64,000 nucleotides of DNA from Lama guanicoe (lineage: Eukaryota), in the NCBI GenBank assembly GCA_013239625.1, contig MU057346.1, forward strand, positions 4,240,431-4,304,430, in the 5' to 3' direction. A program made the position numbers and the translations under genes. The notes beneath the pieces were generated by a model. That model did not search any database, had not been told where the DNA came from, and worked only from the letters and a program-made list of their open reading frames with translations. Of the stretch, positions 1 through 12,884 are shown in pieces; the first letter of the stretch is position 1; every line of letters starts with the position of its first letter.

Positions 1-2009
1 ACACTCTCGCAAGGGAGGCGGGTCTGCAAATAGACCAGGAGAGTGGCGCAGGGCAAGTGCTTGCAGGAATTAAACACACGGAGTTATGAGAACCCAGGGA
101 AGAGGGCGTGTTAACCAGAGGGCCGGGGCCAGGATGGGGACGGGCCTTACAGAAGCAGGGAGATTTTGACTGGGTTTGAGGAACTGGGCGGTCAGGGATG
201 AGGGAGGTGGCAAAGGTGTCCCTGGCACTCTTGGGTGTGGCCACAGCTCGGGGTGTACAGACAGGGGCACTGGACAGAAAACTGGTAGGCAGGCCAGGTA
301 AAGCCAGTCCTTTCGCTGCACCTGCCTGCTTCATCAGGTGCTATGTGCAAGTCACCAAAATAGAAAGTAGCCTTCAAAGTGATCCTGGATGTCTTTACCA
401 GCCCATGGCCAGGCTATTTTCAAAGCTCACCTTTCCTGAGAAGCTTTTCCCCATTCCCTGCGATTCTATAAATTTCTGCAAATTCACGTCCACATGCTTT
501 GGCTCGGCTGGGGAACATGTGAATTACAGTCCCCATGCACTACCTAAACCCGTTTGAGCCCAAGGAGTATGCACTGAATGGAAAGAGTCCGGTCATTTTT
601 ATTGCTGCATAGGGAAAGGTATCTAATGTGCTCATTGCCTTTTTTATTATAAACACTCAAAAGTCCAGCTCAACAGTTACCAAGCAACTTTGCGGTGTCA
701 GGAGTAACTCAGCCCTTGACTTCTGAGTGGTAGCCGTGGTCTCATCAGCAGGGTCAGAGCCAGCTCCCAGGGCACCTGGGTGGGAGCATAGGAGCTGCCT
801 CCCTCCCCCCACGGAGCTGGGGGACAGGCCTTCCCGACAATTGTGGCCTTCACAATTGTGAATTCAAATAACCCAGTTACATAACATGGCATTTGTGACG
901 GTCCATTGTTCCGGCCAGCCCTCTCTGCTTTTGTGCTCTCCTCTGTGCGCCGGACCCTGAATGCACACCCATGCAGGGACCACGAGGCACCCCGCGTGCT
1001 TCTGTTTCCCCTCAGCTGGAACAGATCTCTGCATCCGCCAGTTATTTACAAGTACTCCAGCTTCCTCCTCCACCGCGTGCCATGATGTTTTCTAACTCGC
1101 TAAAATCAGAGAATAGAGAAGCATGTAGGGGAAGAAAGGTAGAAACGGGTCCTTGCATGAGGGCCTTGCAAATAATAGATGGTTGGCGGGGGGAATGGTA
1201 TTAAGACTCTTTTCACTGTCTGGGTGCAGATGAGACCCTCCCTCCTTCCCTGTAGGGCTTATTTTGGGATGTCAGCTTGTACTTACCCCTAGTGAAGAGA
1301 TCCAGTTGCCATTGTGTGCTGGGCTAGGGGTTTACCTTAAATATTTCTGTCATTTTTTTTTCACTAACAAATTGTTTTAAGATCCATGTTTCTTTGAAGA
1401 AGCACAGTCAAATTAAAAATATAACAACAGGCCATACATATTGGCCCAGATTATTTGTCCTTTAGAGAAAATTTAAAAATGGAGTAATAACACACACAAT
1501 GAAAACAGAAGCATGTTTTTGATTTCTACCTTTGGCTCCTTGGCAAGGCTTGAAATGAACAGATGCTGGGGTCGGGGCTGGACTTAAGTCTGGCTTTGTC
1601 AAACCAGGGCTGCTGGCTCAACAGGTTAGACTGAATGGACAGCCCTGTTTTCAGTGGACCCTGCGTGAGCAGCCCCCTCCCTGCATTAGTAGTTTGGACA
1701 GCTGAGTTGGTGGTGGCTTCAAAACCTGCACAGGCATCCCAGCTGAGGTCTTGTTTGCAAGTAGAGCCTCCAGCTGGGTTGTCTATCAACCTGTTCCTTT
1801 AGGATCTGACTCTGCATTCCAGGATCCATTGTGGAAATCACCCATCAGGTTCACAGATCCGGGAATGCATGTGGATCTGACCTAGTACAAAACAGGGCCT
1901 CAGCTGCAAAACCTGAGAGCTGTGTTAATAATGGTGGTGATGTCTTATCTCCTCCTTGCTGGATTTATTCATTCATTAACCCGCCCAAGTAACAATCTCG
2001 TGTACAGAT

Positions 2010-2215
2010 AACGCTTATCAAGTGATCACTGTGTGCTCGGCAGGGAATCAAACGCTTTATGAGCATCCTATTATTGAATCCTCCCAACAACCCTATTATT
2101 ATCCAAATTTTAGGGATGAAACAGTGAGGCCTGGAGAGATTGAAAAACTCAAGGCCGGACAGCTACTAAGGGATGAAGTTGAACTTGGAATCAGGGAAGT
2201 CTGATGCCAAGGGCC
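2010..2215 (-). mobile_element. MIR SINE, decayed
   Basis: Antisense MIR core: aatcctcccaacaaccctattattatccaaattttagggatgaaacagtgaggc. Confidence 0.75.
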
Positions 2216-2401
2216 CACAGCCAAAAGGAAGAAGACCTACGTCCTCTCCAGCTTTTCCTTCAGGAAACATAGTTTGATCACTTTCATGTTTACTTGTCTG
2301 AGAGAAAGGGGAAACAATGTTCTTTGACTTCACAGTCAAAAAAGCTACAGAGTGAAAACCCAACCGTGTGATATGCTGTGATGTTTTCACGGATGGAGGC
2401 C

Positions 2402-3016
2402 GTATTAATATTCTGTTGCTGGAATGAACCTCCCCAAACTTAGCAGCTTAAAATGACACCTACTTAGTACCCGATGGTTTCCACTGGATGGAGGCCCAGG
2501 CGGGCTTAGCAGAGTTCCCTATTTAGGGTCTCACCAGGCCAAAGTCAAGGTGTCGGCCAGGTGGGGCTCTGTTCTGAGGTTTTAGGGAAGAATCTGCTTC
2601 CAAATTCATTCAGGTTGTGGGCAGAATCCAGTTCCTCTCTGTTGTGGGACTGAGGTTTAGCCTCTTTCTGGCTGTCAGTGGGACCACTCTCAGCTTCCGG
2701 AGGCCCCTCTGGGGTCCTCATCACGCGGCCTCTTCCAACATCAAAGCCAGCAATGGCACTTCAAGACCTCCTGGTGCTTTAAATCTTTAAATCTTTCTGG
2801 CTTCCTTTCTGCTACCAGCCAGAGAAAACTCTCTGCTTTTAAAGGGCTCACCTGATGGGGTCAGACTCAACTAGATAATCTCCATATGTTAAGGTGAACT
2901 GGGACTCTAAGTTACATCAGGAAAACCTCTTCACAGCAGTACCCAGATTAGCATTCGATTAAATAATCAGGGGATGGGAATCTTGGGGAACAGCTTTAGA
3001 ATTTTGCTCACTGTAG
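2402..3016 (-). mobile_element. MLT1 (MLT1E-like) ERVL-MaLR solo LTR
   Basis: ccaaacttagcagcttaaaa; aaggtgtcggccagg; gggaagaatctgcttccaaattcattcaggttgtgggcagaatccagttcct; ends gggaatcttgggg...tttagaattttgc. Confidence 0.85.
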
Positions 3017-3164
3017 GGGTAAGAATCGGGCACTGGAGGATGGGCATCTGAGCTGTGGGTGGAGAGAAGTTGGGGAGGGGCTGTGCATTAGACAGCCCTC
3101 TCCAATGTTTGCCTATACTGCCATCATATGACAATATCAACAGGTGCATTTCTCTTCCATCTAC

Positions 3165-3310
3165 CAAACCTCAATTTCCCCATTTGTGGAAATGGGGGTA
3201 AGATTACTCACAGCCTCCTAGGGATCTGAGAGAGTTAAATGGAGGTAACGCTTGTAAAAGGTTTTACAAGTACCTGCATGTAATAGATGTTCAATAAACA
3301 TTGGCTATGA
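3165..3310 (+). mobile_element. MIR SINE 3' part
   Basis: cctcaatttccccatttgtggaaatggggg...gttcaataaacattggctat. Confidence 0.7.
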
Positions 3311-3595
3311 TCTGTCCTGATAGTATCTGTGATTAATTATGTAATTAGAGGTAGCATTGTTCATACTAATAAAAAGGTAAGACTAAATAAATGGGTGGTT
3401 TTAAGAGAAGGTGATACTTAAATTGCCTTTCTGAGGGCAATTTAGAAAGTACCTTGGGCATTTGCTTTCAGTCTCAACAGCCCAGCTGCACGTTTGCTCC
3501 ATCTTTTACTCGGACAACACATTCCTCAAGGGGGCAGTGTGTCCCACCCAGGAAGTCCCCCGAGCAGCCAATTTATAGGAATAATTGTAACTGAA

Positions 3596-3757
3596 CAATA
3601 GCAACAGCCGATGCACTTAGGACTTGCTCTGTGCCAAGTTCTCTGCTACGCACTGCACATACATTGACTTGTTCTTCGCTACAACTTTGTGAAACAGTTA
3701 CTAATACGATCTCCTTTTACAGATGAGGAAACTGAGGCTGGATGAGATCTCACAGCA
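3596..3757 (-). mobile_element. MIR SINE
   Basis: Core ttttacagatgaggaaactgaggct. Confidence 0.85.
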
Positions 3758-3967
3758 GGGGAGAGCAGGCGTGCCCACGCACCCAAGCTGCCTGGCCCGG
3801 CTTCAAATAGTTCTCTCCCCATTTTTTCTCCCCTGCTCTGGTTTATTACCCACTTTTCCTGAACGTGCTCAGAGTGCTCATTTTTGGCACACAGCCCGCC
3901 CACTGCCTGGATGGCCAGCCCCCATTTTCCATATTCTTTTCCATCTGCCTTCCTCTTAGGTGGCATT

Positions 3968-4125
3968 CATCTTCTCAAATTTTAATGTGCATACAAATGG
4001 CCTGGAGACCAGCTTAAAAAGAACATTCTAAGTTAGGGCTCTGTGGGAGGCGTGGGGCTGAGACTTCATATTTCTAACAAGTTCCCAGGGATGCTGATCC
4101 ATGGACCACATTCTGAGCATCAAGA
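3968..4125 (-). mobile_element. MER5 (hAT-Charlie) MITE
   Basis: ttctcaaattttaatgtgcatacaaat...atttctaacaagttcccagggatgctgatccatggaccacattctgag. Confidence 0.8.
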
Positions 4126-4134
4126 CTCAGGGGG

Positions 4135-4560
4135 ACCATGAGTTCCATGAGGTCAGAGACTGTGCCTGTCATTTCTGCAGCCTTGGAGCCCGGTAGTCTG
4201 CTGCTGAGCCTTGCAGGCACTCCCCAAATAAGCAGACAGCCAATGGATGAATGAATGAATAAAGTTATACCTTCCCTCCAGCGGCACCTTCACTGCGGTC
4301 AGTTTTAAATGACTGACTCAGTCTTTGAAGTCAGAGAGGCCTTGACTGAAATCACCTTTCCACTTAAGACTTGTGAGGCCTTAGATCAGTTAACAGCCCT
4401 GAGTCTCATTTTTCTCTTCTACACAACAGGCGAAAATATCACAGCACATTGTCCATAATTGGCTTTAAACAAATGACAGAAAATGAGATCCTTCAATTCC
4501 CATGCATGCCTGAGTTCAACAGTATCACCACTGAGATACAGAAGCCACGGGAGTGTCACC
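4135..4560 (+). mobile_element. L2 3' tail followed by decayed MIR
   Basis: gttccatgaggtcagagactgtg...gaatgaatgaataaa, then gaagtcagagaggccttgactgaaatc...cttgtgaggccttaga. Confidence 0.55.
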
Positions 4561-5824
4561 AACTGTTGGCAAGTTGGTCCAACAAATGGGGAGGTTCTTG
4601 TTACCTCATCAGTCCATTTTGAGTTGATCCATTCACCATTCACAGAGTGAGACCTGGTGCCAGCGATGGCAGAAAGAATGAGCCAGGGAAGGATCTGGGC
4701 AAGAATTGGAGTTGAAGGGTCTGGGTATCATCTGGGAGATGGGGGTTCAGCTAAGGTCACAGTGACCTCAGAGGGCATCAAGGTAAAAAACCGAGGCCAA
4801 GAATACCAATTTCAATGATGGGCTCCACTGACTGAATGAGTCTCCCCTTCTACCTGCCACTTTTCTCCACTTTTCTTCTCAACTTCAAAACCTACCTGGA
4901 ATTCATTCTGAGAAGCTGAGCTTTGCTCAAGCACAGACAAGCTAAGAAAGACCCGAGTAACCACACCATTGGATCTCTAAGCCCAGTGCAAAATCTTCAA
5001 TATATCCCCCTTTTTCATGTATCCCTTTAAACTCTACTGAAATATTTGTTAGGTATCTTAATTTCTCTTATTTCCAGAACTCCATTGAAAGCTTTTTTCT
5101 TTGGAGTTTTTTTTTTTATTATTATTATTCCCTGGATTTCCCAAAGAACAGGAGAAAACAGAAAAAAGAAAGAAAGAAATTTCCTTTCGCAGACAAGTCT
5201 AAAGTTTCCACCAACACAGATGGTCTGACTTAAGGAAAGTTTTTATAGCCGTCTCCTTTAAAAAAAAAAATGTATTTAAGTTTTCTCTATATGGAGCAAA
5301 AATAAAAGAGGAAAATAGCTCAAAATGTAGACTGAGATATCAAGTGAAAGGCAAGTTAAGCATAGAAAAATATTGAAATGATCATGGTTCACCTGGGTTT
5401 AGGGGAGAGAGCCCCAGCGCTGGGGAATGTCAGTGAGAACCAGCTGGGAGTCCCTCAAGGTGACTCACAAGAGTGAGCACCCAATTAAAAACCATCACCA
5501 ACCATCTTCCCCACACCTGCCCCCCCCCACCTCTGACTGCCTTTGCCTCCATCTCTGGCAACCAGCAGACCTCTCCTCATCCCCACTGCATTTATTCGGG
5601 CCTTTTCATGATTTTGAACCAGTGGTTATTCAGTCATAATTGAGGCAGGAATCAGATCCTTGCCTTATAATCAGAGCTGGCCACTCATCCTGGGGCTCAG
5701 CATGTTGATTCAGTGCCACGGGGGAAATATATCATTCTGGGGTTGGGTTTAGAGATTTGCCTTCCCTGATTTCTTTCTCCTTCCATCTCAGGCCATTACC
5801 TCAAACTCTGCAGGGCTCTGACAT

Positions 5825-6000
5825 AAAGCAGACCTCTATTTGAACCCAGCATCTACCAGTATCAGACTGGAGAAACTTGGGCAAGTTTCCTGTGTTCTGG
5901 GTGTCATCATTTGTGTCAAAAAAAAGAAAAAGAAAAAGAAGGGGAGGTTTGCAATAACCACCTCATACAGCTGTTGTAAGAAATAAATGAAACTATGTCC
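5825..6000 (+). mobile_element. MIR SINE, decayed
   Basis: tttgaacccagc...cttgggcaagtt...cctcatacagctgttgtaagaaataaatga. Confidence 0.6.
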
Positions 6001-6238
6001 TTGTATCTATGTAGAAAAGGGCAAAACTTCTTCTCTGAATACAAGCATGTCGTCACTTGTTTGTTTGGTTTTTGTTTTTGTTTCAGTTATTTTGGGCAAG
6101 AATAAGATACAGACCAAATGCGGTGGGCTCCATTTATTCGTGGAACAAACCATTTTGGCCACATAGACACATTCAAATGGAAATGCTTGGATATCAGAAA
6201 ATAAGCTCACTTTTTGCATTTCAGAAATGATGGTCATG

Positions 6239-7113
6239 CATCATTAAAAAATCCACANNNNNNNNNNNNNNNNNNNNNNNNNNNNNNNNNNNNNNNNNNN
6301 NNNNNNNNNNNNNNNNNNNNNNNNNNNNNNNNNNNNNNNNNNNNNNNNNNNNNNNNNNNNNNNNNNNNNNNNNNNNNNNNNNNNNNNNNNNNNNNNNNNN
6401 NNNNNNNNNNNNNNNNNNNNNNNNNNNAACTCTAATTTGAAAANNNNNNNNNNNNNNNNNNNNNNNNNNNNNNNNNNNNNNNNNNNNNNNNNNNNNNNNN
6501 NNNNNNNNNNNNNNNNNNNNNNNNNNNNNNNNNNNNNNNNNNNNNNNNNNNNNNNNNNNNNNNNNNNNNNNNNNNNNNNNNNNNNNNNNNNNNNNNNNNN
6601 NNNNNNNNNNNNNNNNNNNNNNNNNNNNNNNNNNNNNNNNNNNNNNNNNNNNNNNNNNNNNNNNNTTTTAAGTTAAGCCACAAAAAGAAAGAAAAATACT
6701 GTATGATATTGTTTATATGTGGAATCTAAAAAAAGGGCACAAATGAACTTACTTACAAAACAAAGACAGACTCATAGACATAGAAAACAAATTTACGGGT
6801 ACCAGGGCGGAAAAGGGAAGAGGACGGATTGGGAGTTTGGGGTTTGCAGATACTAACTACTATATATAAAATAGATAAATAACAAGGCCCTACTGTATAG
6901 AACAGGGAACTATCTTTAATGCCTTGTAATAGCCTATTATGAAAAAGAATATGAAAAGAAATATATATATGTGATGCATAAGAATCTGAAAAGGAATATA
7001 TATATATATATATAGTTTATATATATATATAAACTAACTTTATAACAACTATGCTGTACACCAGAAATTAACACAACATTGTAAATTGACTGTACTTTTG
7101 TTAAAAAAAAAAA
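6239..7113 (+). mobile_element. Young lineage-specific L1, 5'-truncated (ORF2 end, 3' UTR, polyA), partly gapped
   Basis: tatatgtggaatctaaaaaa...aaatgaactta...actgtatagaacagggaactat...gctgtacaccagaaattaacacaacattgtaaa, A-tail; TSD agaaatgatggtcatg (6223-6238) / agaaatggtggccatg (7114-7129). Confidence 0.9.
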
Positions 7114-7199
7114 AGAAATGGTGGCCATGGTCAGGGCTGAATCATTGTGGATATGGGCAAGTAAAACCCTGCTCTAAGCCCCTGGGCACATGGCTGCCC

Positions 7200-7672
7200 C
7201 TTCACTCCCGTGTTCCAACATGTGTGGCTTTGTCCATTGCTTTAGATCACCTTGCTTGCTTCCTGCCTCAGGATCTTTGCACACGGCATTTCTTTTTGCT
7301 TAGGATCCTCTTCCTTCAGTCAACAGTGTCACTCAAAGTTGTCAGACACGTTGGCGACCAAGACTGTGACCTCATGGGGCTTATGTTTTATGGGTGTGTG
7401 AGGGTGGGGGTCATTGTGAGCAGACTGAAGCAAATAATTGAACAAAAGGATCATTTTGCCACAAATAAGGACTATGAACATAATTAAAAGTGGTCATGGT
7501 GGGACAAGGGACTGGGTACCAAGGTCAATGGAACGCTCTTTGTGGAGAGTATTTTGAGGAGGACATATTTGGAAATGAGGAGATATTTTGAACTGAGATC
7601 TAAATGGTGCAGGTCATGTGAATATTTTGGGGAGGATCATTTCAGATGGAATAAACAGCAAGAGCAAAAGCC
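7200..7672. mobile_element. L2 fragments (+ then -)
   Basis: cctgcctcaggatctttgcac (L2 +); gacctcatggggcttatgttt...tttgaactgagatctaaatg...aacagcaagagcaaaagcc (L2 -). Confidence 0.6.
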
Positions 7673-7677
7673 ACACA

Positions 7678-8173
7678 TGATAACTTGCTCCCAAGATGGC
7701 TTCCAACGATGCTTCCCTTCCCGTACATTGATAACTTCCTGCCACCAAGAAGTGTAATCTACTTCTCCCTTGTTCTTGAATTTGGGCTGGCTTTGGCAAC
7801 TCTCTTGGCCTTTAGAACGGGGAAGAAGTGACATTCTGGAATTGCTGAGGCTGGGTCACAAAAAGCCTTGCAGGTTCTCCCTGGACGCCTTGGATCACTC
7901 TTACAGGATGCTTCCCCTCAGGTCTCATTGGCCATGCTGTGAGAAGCCCCAAGCTTCACGGAGAGGCCACATGCGGATGCTCCATTCAGTGAGCCTCCAC
8001 GAGATCCTAACCCAGAGCCAGCCTCAACTGGCACTTGTGTGAGGGAGCCATTGTGGATGTCTCGTCCAGTCCAGTCCCAGTCCACAGTGGACTGAGACCA
8101 GCCAATCACAGAACTGAGAGAGGCTAAAGGCCACTAAGTTTTGGGGTGATTTGTTATACAGTAGGGGATCACA
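7678..8173 (+). mobile_element. MLT1 (MLT1G/H-like) solo LTR
   Basis: cttgaatttgggctggcttt; ggccatgctgtgagaagccccaagc; ccactaagttttggggtgatttgttatacag. Confidence 0.85.
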
Positions 8174-8194
8174 CCCTAGGACTCTTCTCTGTTT

Positions 8195-8530
8195 ACCTCT
8201 ACCTCATTCACCCTTGTTAATTCCTTCTTATTTTTCAAATCAAATATCACACCCACAGAGGGACCTTCCTGACAACCCTCACCCCAGACGCTCAGCCACA
8301 CTCCCAATATGTTCTCATAGAAACTTGCAGTTTTCCATCATCGCACTTACAATAAGCTAGAATTTGCATGTCTTTTTATGACTATTTATAATTGTCTCCC
8401 TCACTAGAATTTAGATTCATGAGGATAATATTCTGTGGGTTTCGTTCACCATAACATTCTCAGCACTTAGTACAGAGCCTGGCACACAGTAGGTACTCAA
8501 AAAACAGTGGTTGAATAAAGTAATAAAGGA
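8195..8530 (+). mobile_element. L2 3' end
   Basis: cagcacttagtacagagcctggcacacagtaggtactcaaaaaacagtggttgaataaa. Confidence 0.85.
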
Positions 8531-9034
8531 ATAATACAATGGCTGGGTTTGCTTCAGCGTAGAGATCTGGTTGTTAAAGGTAGCAGACTTGGATAACAGA
8601 CATCATCCCCACACCCTGATTCAAATCTAATGGCCATATATGACCAGAGCTTTAGTCAAAGAAAGCTTACAAGTTAACATATCCAGGGTCCAGGACATGG
8701 GGGACCCAGAGGAACTGGTTCAAGGGTGGTTCTGTGATGTCCCAGAGTATGAGGAGCCCTTAACTGGACATAGACCCTAGTGGAATAGAAGCGGATCCTT
8801 GGGTCCTTCTGGTTCTTCAGTTACTCCCAGAACAGTTGGCAACTTGAGACCCCTTGAAATATTCCCAGCATCTTACAACAAAGCTATCAACAGCACACAT
8901 ACATACATGCCTCTGTAGGAAACATGGCCCGTGAAATTCCTCCTGGCTTATTCTCCTCCCGGTTTAGAAGCCTCTCTGTTTCTCTCCTTGCTGCCTTTAA
9001 TAATAAAAATATTTTTCACTTCTTGCTACCAGGC

Positions 9035-9210
9035 ATTATGAACTTACCGTTTACCAGTGTGAGGCCAAGTGCTTTACACTCTATATCTCATCTAGTCCCC
9101 TCAGAAGGAGGTACAGAGTATCTCTCAATTACAGATGACTAATTAAGGCACAGAGAAATTAAGAAATTTACCCAAAGCCACAGGGTTAACCAGAAGCAGA
9201 GCCAGGGCTT
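9035..9210 (-). mobile_element. MIR SINE
   Basis: ttacagatgactaattaaggcacagagaaattaagaaatttacccaaagccacag. Confidence 0.75.
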
Positions 9211-10238
9211 ATAAACAAAACAAACAACAAAGAGTCAAGCAAACAGAATAAAAAAGACCTGAACTAGTTAACACAGCCCTGAGCTGGGCACACCATCGGT
9301 GAGAACTCATGGTGATGAACCCATGGAGTTTTAACGCTACGAATCCTCCAGCACTGGGGTCAGGCTTCCCCTCCCCTCCAGTGCCCACCCAAGTCCAGAA
9401 ATACGTCTGGATGGGCATCTCGTGCACAGAGAAGGAGCTCAGCCAGCAGCCAAGTGCAGGCTGGCCGAGCAGGTCCCCGCAAGGAGCTCCCAGGACCCAG
9501 GAGACAGGAGAGGAGCTGAGATCACGGTCAAGCGGACAGCTGGGGAAGGAGCTTGGAGGTCAGGAGAATCCTCCCCCACCACCGCCCCAAACACCGCCAA
9601 AGTGAAACATCAGGTGCAACAGAGCTTTATTCTGGGTGGGCCAGTTTTGAAACTCAAACACTGATAAACACGTCTGGGAATTTGAAAGACTGACTCAGAA
9701 ATCCCCAGCCCTTGGCGGTACCATTACGTGAAGGCCAGGGATCCCACAAGTGAGCTTGCTCTAATCTTCTCTGCGCTTCCCCGCCGCGGCCCCCTGCGCC
9801 TCCCCGCCCTGTGTGACAGCTGCCTGATCAAGTGTGAATCACAAAGCCGCATCCAGTCCAGCACGGCCGTCCTCCTGCTGGCTTCTGGGAACATAAACAA
9901 TCAGAATGTAAATAGGACTTACTAAAGGCTCAAGCCAAGTGCTTAAAGGAAATCTATATTTTTTGTGTAAACAGTCTTCTGTTTACCGACGTGGTACAGT
10001 TGTTCTGTTCAGCTCTGGAAGATCTGAAACCAGCTTGTCATGGAAGCAAAACGTATGACCCACAGCCAGGAGATTGCAAAGCGAAGAGAATGCAAAAACC
10101 TCGCTTTTAAATGTCCCTTCCCTCTTCTGCAGTGTGAGAAGGCATTGGTTGGATGGTGATAACGTTGTTAGGTGATGAGACATAACATTATCCTTCCTTA
10201 GCGCTGAGAAAACTCTTTGGAGGGCAAAAAGGGTTGGG

Positions 10239-10311
10239 GTGTGTGTGTGTGTGTGTGTATAAATAAGAGAGAGAGACAGAGAGAGAAAGAGAGACAGAAA
10301 GAGAGAGAGAG
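10239..10311. repeat. Compound microsatellite (GT)10 plus imperfect (GA)n
   Basis: Seen directly: (gt)10 at 10239-10258, then gagagagacagagagagaaagagagacagaaagagagagagag. Confidence 0.95.
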
Positions 10312-11009
10312 GATGAAGGTGTCAGAATTTAAACTCAAACATTGCCCAAACCATGGAAAAATCTCCCACCATCCTCTGTCTCCTTTTGTCTCAAGGCTGA
10401 ACACTGATCCTAGGTGGTAATCTACACGGTAAGAAGATGTCAGACAACTTGAACATTCCTCATTGTTGCCAACCACAAATATTTGGGGTTTGTGTTATCT
10501 AGGTTATAAAGAGAACCTGCCAGGGAAAAATTCAGACACACAAATCTTTGTGTAAACGACCTTAAGCATCTTAAGCTGACAAAAGCCAGAGCAAAGTCTG
10601 AAATTCTGTCCTCAATGCACCCATAATTGAGGCTCTGGCTCTTCGTATATTGTAACAGGATTCCAGCAGGGCGTGGGTTTTCCACGTATGCCATTCTATG
10701 TTTGGGCCAGAAAAGGCTTGCTTCGTTCTGTGGCCTCCCTGGTCTGACGCAGGCACTTTTTCAAAGCTCCTAAATATCTGGGAACAGGAAGGGTGATGGC
10801 ATAAGATGGTTTTTAAGGCTTCTGGGCGATGATGGAGGAGAAGTGAGGACAGTCTCAAGCTTACCCACTCCATCACCACTGTCGTTCTGGTCTGTCCAGG
10901 GTTCACCCTCCTCCTTCTGCTAAGACCTTAGGCCAGTCACACTTACACTCAGAAATTACACCCAGTCAAAAAGCAACGGCAGCTAAACTATTTCCAACAT
11001 CTTTGGGCT

Positions 11010-11175
11010 AAAGAGTCTGGTTGTGAATCCGCGGCCACTGCCCTTTCCAAGTCTTAGTGGTCCAGCTCTTCCCTATAATCTGTGAGCTACCCAATGTCTT
11101 TCAACACATCTCATGTTTTATTCTTCAAATCATCGGAGCTGGCGTCTGTTGATGACAATCAAAGAACCCCCCGAT
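11010..11175 (+). mobile_element. Old ERVL-type LTR 3' fragment (subfamily uncertain)
   Basis: tctgtgagctacccaatgtctttcaa...tctgttgatgacaatcaaagaaccc resembles ERVL LTR termini. Confidence 0.45.
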
Positions 11176-11189
11176 AAATCCTCCTCTCC

Positions 11190-11510
11190 TTCCAGACATC
11201 GTGCTAGTAGCTGGGAGTCAATGGTGAACAAAACTTCTTGGATTTTTTGGCACAAAAAGTTCAGCATTCATTTGATAATGTTTTGTTTGGAGTCTCCGCT
11301 ATGCGTGTGTGACTGGCATCCACCAGTGAACGGGCTGATACAACCTCTCTCCTGATAGAAAAGATACCACACAAATAATTACCATGTAACATGGAAGCGT
11401 CATGAGAGGAAAAGCTCAGAGTGTAACCAGAATGCATCTAAAGAGGACCAACAATTCCCCTTGAGACCTGGAAAGACCCTGCCCTCGATGGGCTTGGATG
11501 GTCTGAGGGA
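11190..11510 (-). mobile_element. L2 fragment, decayed
   Basis: ccagacatcgtgctagtagctgggagtcaatggtgaacaaaac. Confidence 0.5.
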
Positions 11511-11754
11511 CACAGTTAGTTAATAGCTGTCTCACTGACGCCAGTGAAATTAATGATAAGCTAGCAATGCCTACAGGAAGATGAGGAATGGGGTAACCGA
11601 AGCTGATCGCCCCTGCCTACCATCTGGGAAAGCCAAGCTGTGGTAGAAGAGCTGAACTCTGTTCTGAGATTACCCAGCTGAGCCAGGCTGTCTGACCCAC
11701 GAGCTGGGGTACACAAGAGTCTTCACCTCTGTAGCACAAGTGTGTTTAGTTAGG

Positions 11755-12340
11755 TTTTTTTTTTTTTAGGTTTTTATTTTTTTGGCAATTATTTATTGGA
11801 TTAAAATATATACAACAAAGCTGACCATTTAAATGATTTCTTAGTATACAATTCAGTGGCATCAAGTGCATTCCCAGTGTTGTGCAACTGACAGCACTAT
11901 CCATCCCCAGAACTCGTCAGCATCCCACACAGAAGCTCTGCATCCACGAAACAGTAACTCCCCATCCACCCCCTTCCCCCAGCCCTTTCTGTCCCTATGA
12001 ATTTACCTCATATAAGGGCATCAGACCACAATTTCCCTTTGGTGTCTGGCTTATTTCATTTAGGAGAGCGCTTTCAAGGTCCATCTATGTGGCGGCATGT
12101 ATCAGAATGTCATTACTTTTTAAGGCTGAATAATATTCCATTGTACGGATAAAGCAAATTTTGCTTATTTGTTCCTCTCTTGATGGACATTTGTGTTGCT
12201 TCCACCTTTTTGTGAGTGTGAATGATGCTACTGGTGTAAAAGCAACTCTGAGTTTTCTCTTTCAATTCTTTTGAGTCTACACCGAGGAGTGGAGTCGCTG
12301 AGTTATATGGTAACTCTGCTTAACTTTTGGAGAAATCTTT
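11755..12340 (-). mobile_element. Old L1 (L1MB-like) 3' end
   Basis: polyT; tacaattcagtggcat; tgtctggcttatttcattta; tttttaaggctgaataatattccattgta; ttgatggacattt; tatatggtaactct. Confidence 0.9.
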
Positions 12341-12459
12341 CCCACCAGCCTTCAACAGACCAGAGGAATGAGCCCACCTGACACTGAACCCACACCCAGG
12401 TCTCTGTGGGCTGCTGGACTCTAACAATGGAAGACACATTAAGCAATTAACAACAACAA

Positions 12460-12700
12460 AAGAATTAATAACTTTTATAAGACATCTAGAAAGTGCCGAT
12501 CAGGTACTGATTTTTTCTCATATCTCTATTTTAAATTCTTACAATAACCATGCAAAGCAAGCGTTTTTAATTTTATATCCTTTCCTCATTATTTTTAGCA
12601 GGCAAAGCAGAGTTTGAGAGTTTAGGAAACTCTCCAAGGTCACCAGCCAATAATACCTGTTTGGCTTCGACCCCTTGCTCATTCTACTACGTCACAGCTC
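12460..12700 (-). mobile_element. MIR SINE, decayed
   Basis: aattcttacaataaccatgcaaag...aactctccaaggtcac. Confidence 0.55.
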
Positions 12701-12884
12701 CTCGCAGTTAATCAGAATGCACACGAAGCAAACCATCCCAAGCAGGGAAATCACCCAGCTAGCTCCATCAGAACTCCATACTGGCCTCCTAGTGAGCTTC
12801 CACACTTCAAGGCAAAGCATGGGTCAGTTCCCAGAAGGCTCTGCTTCCTGGTCCTGGGTTATCCCTGTCTGGGAGGGAGAAATC

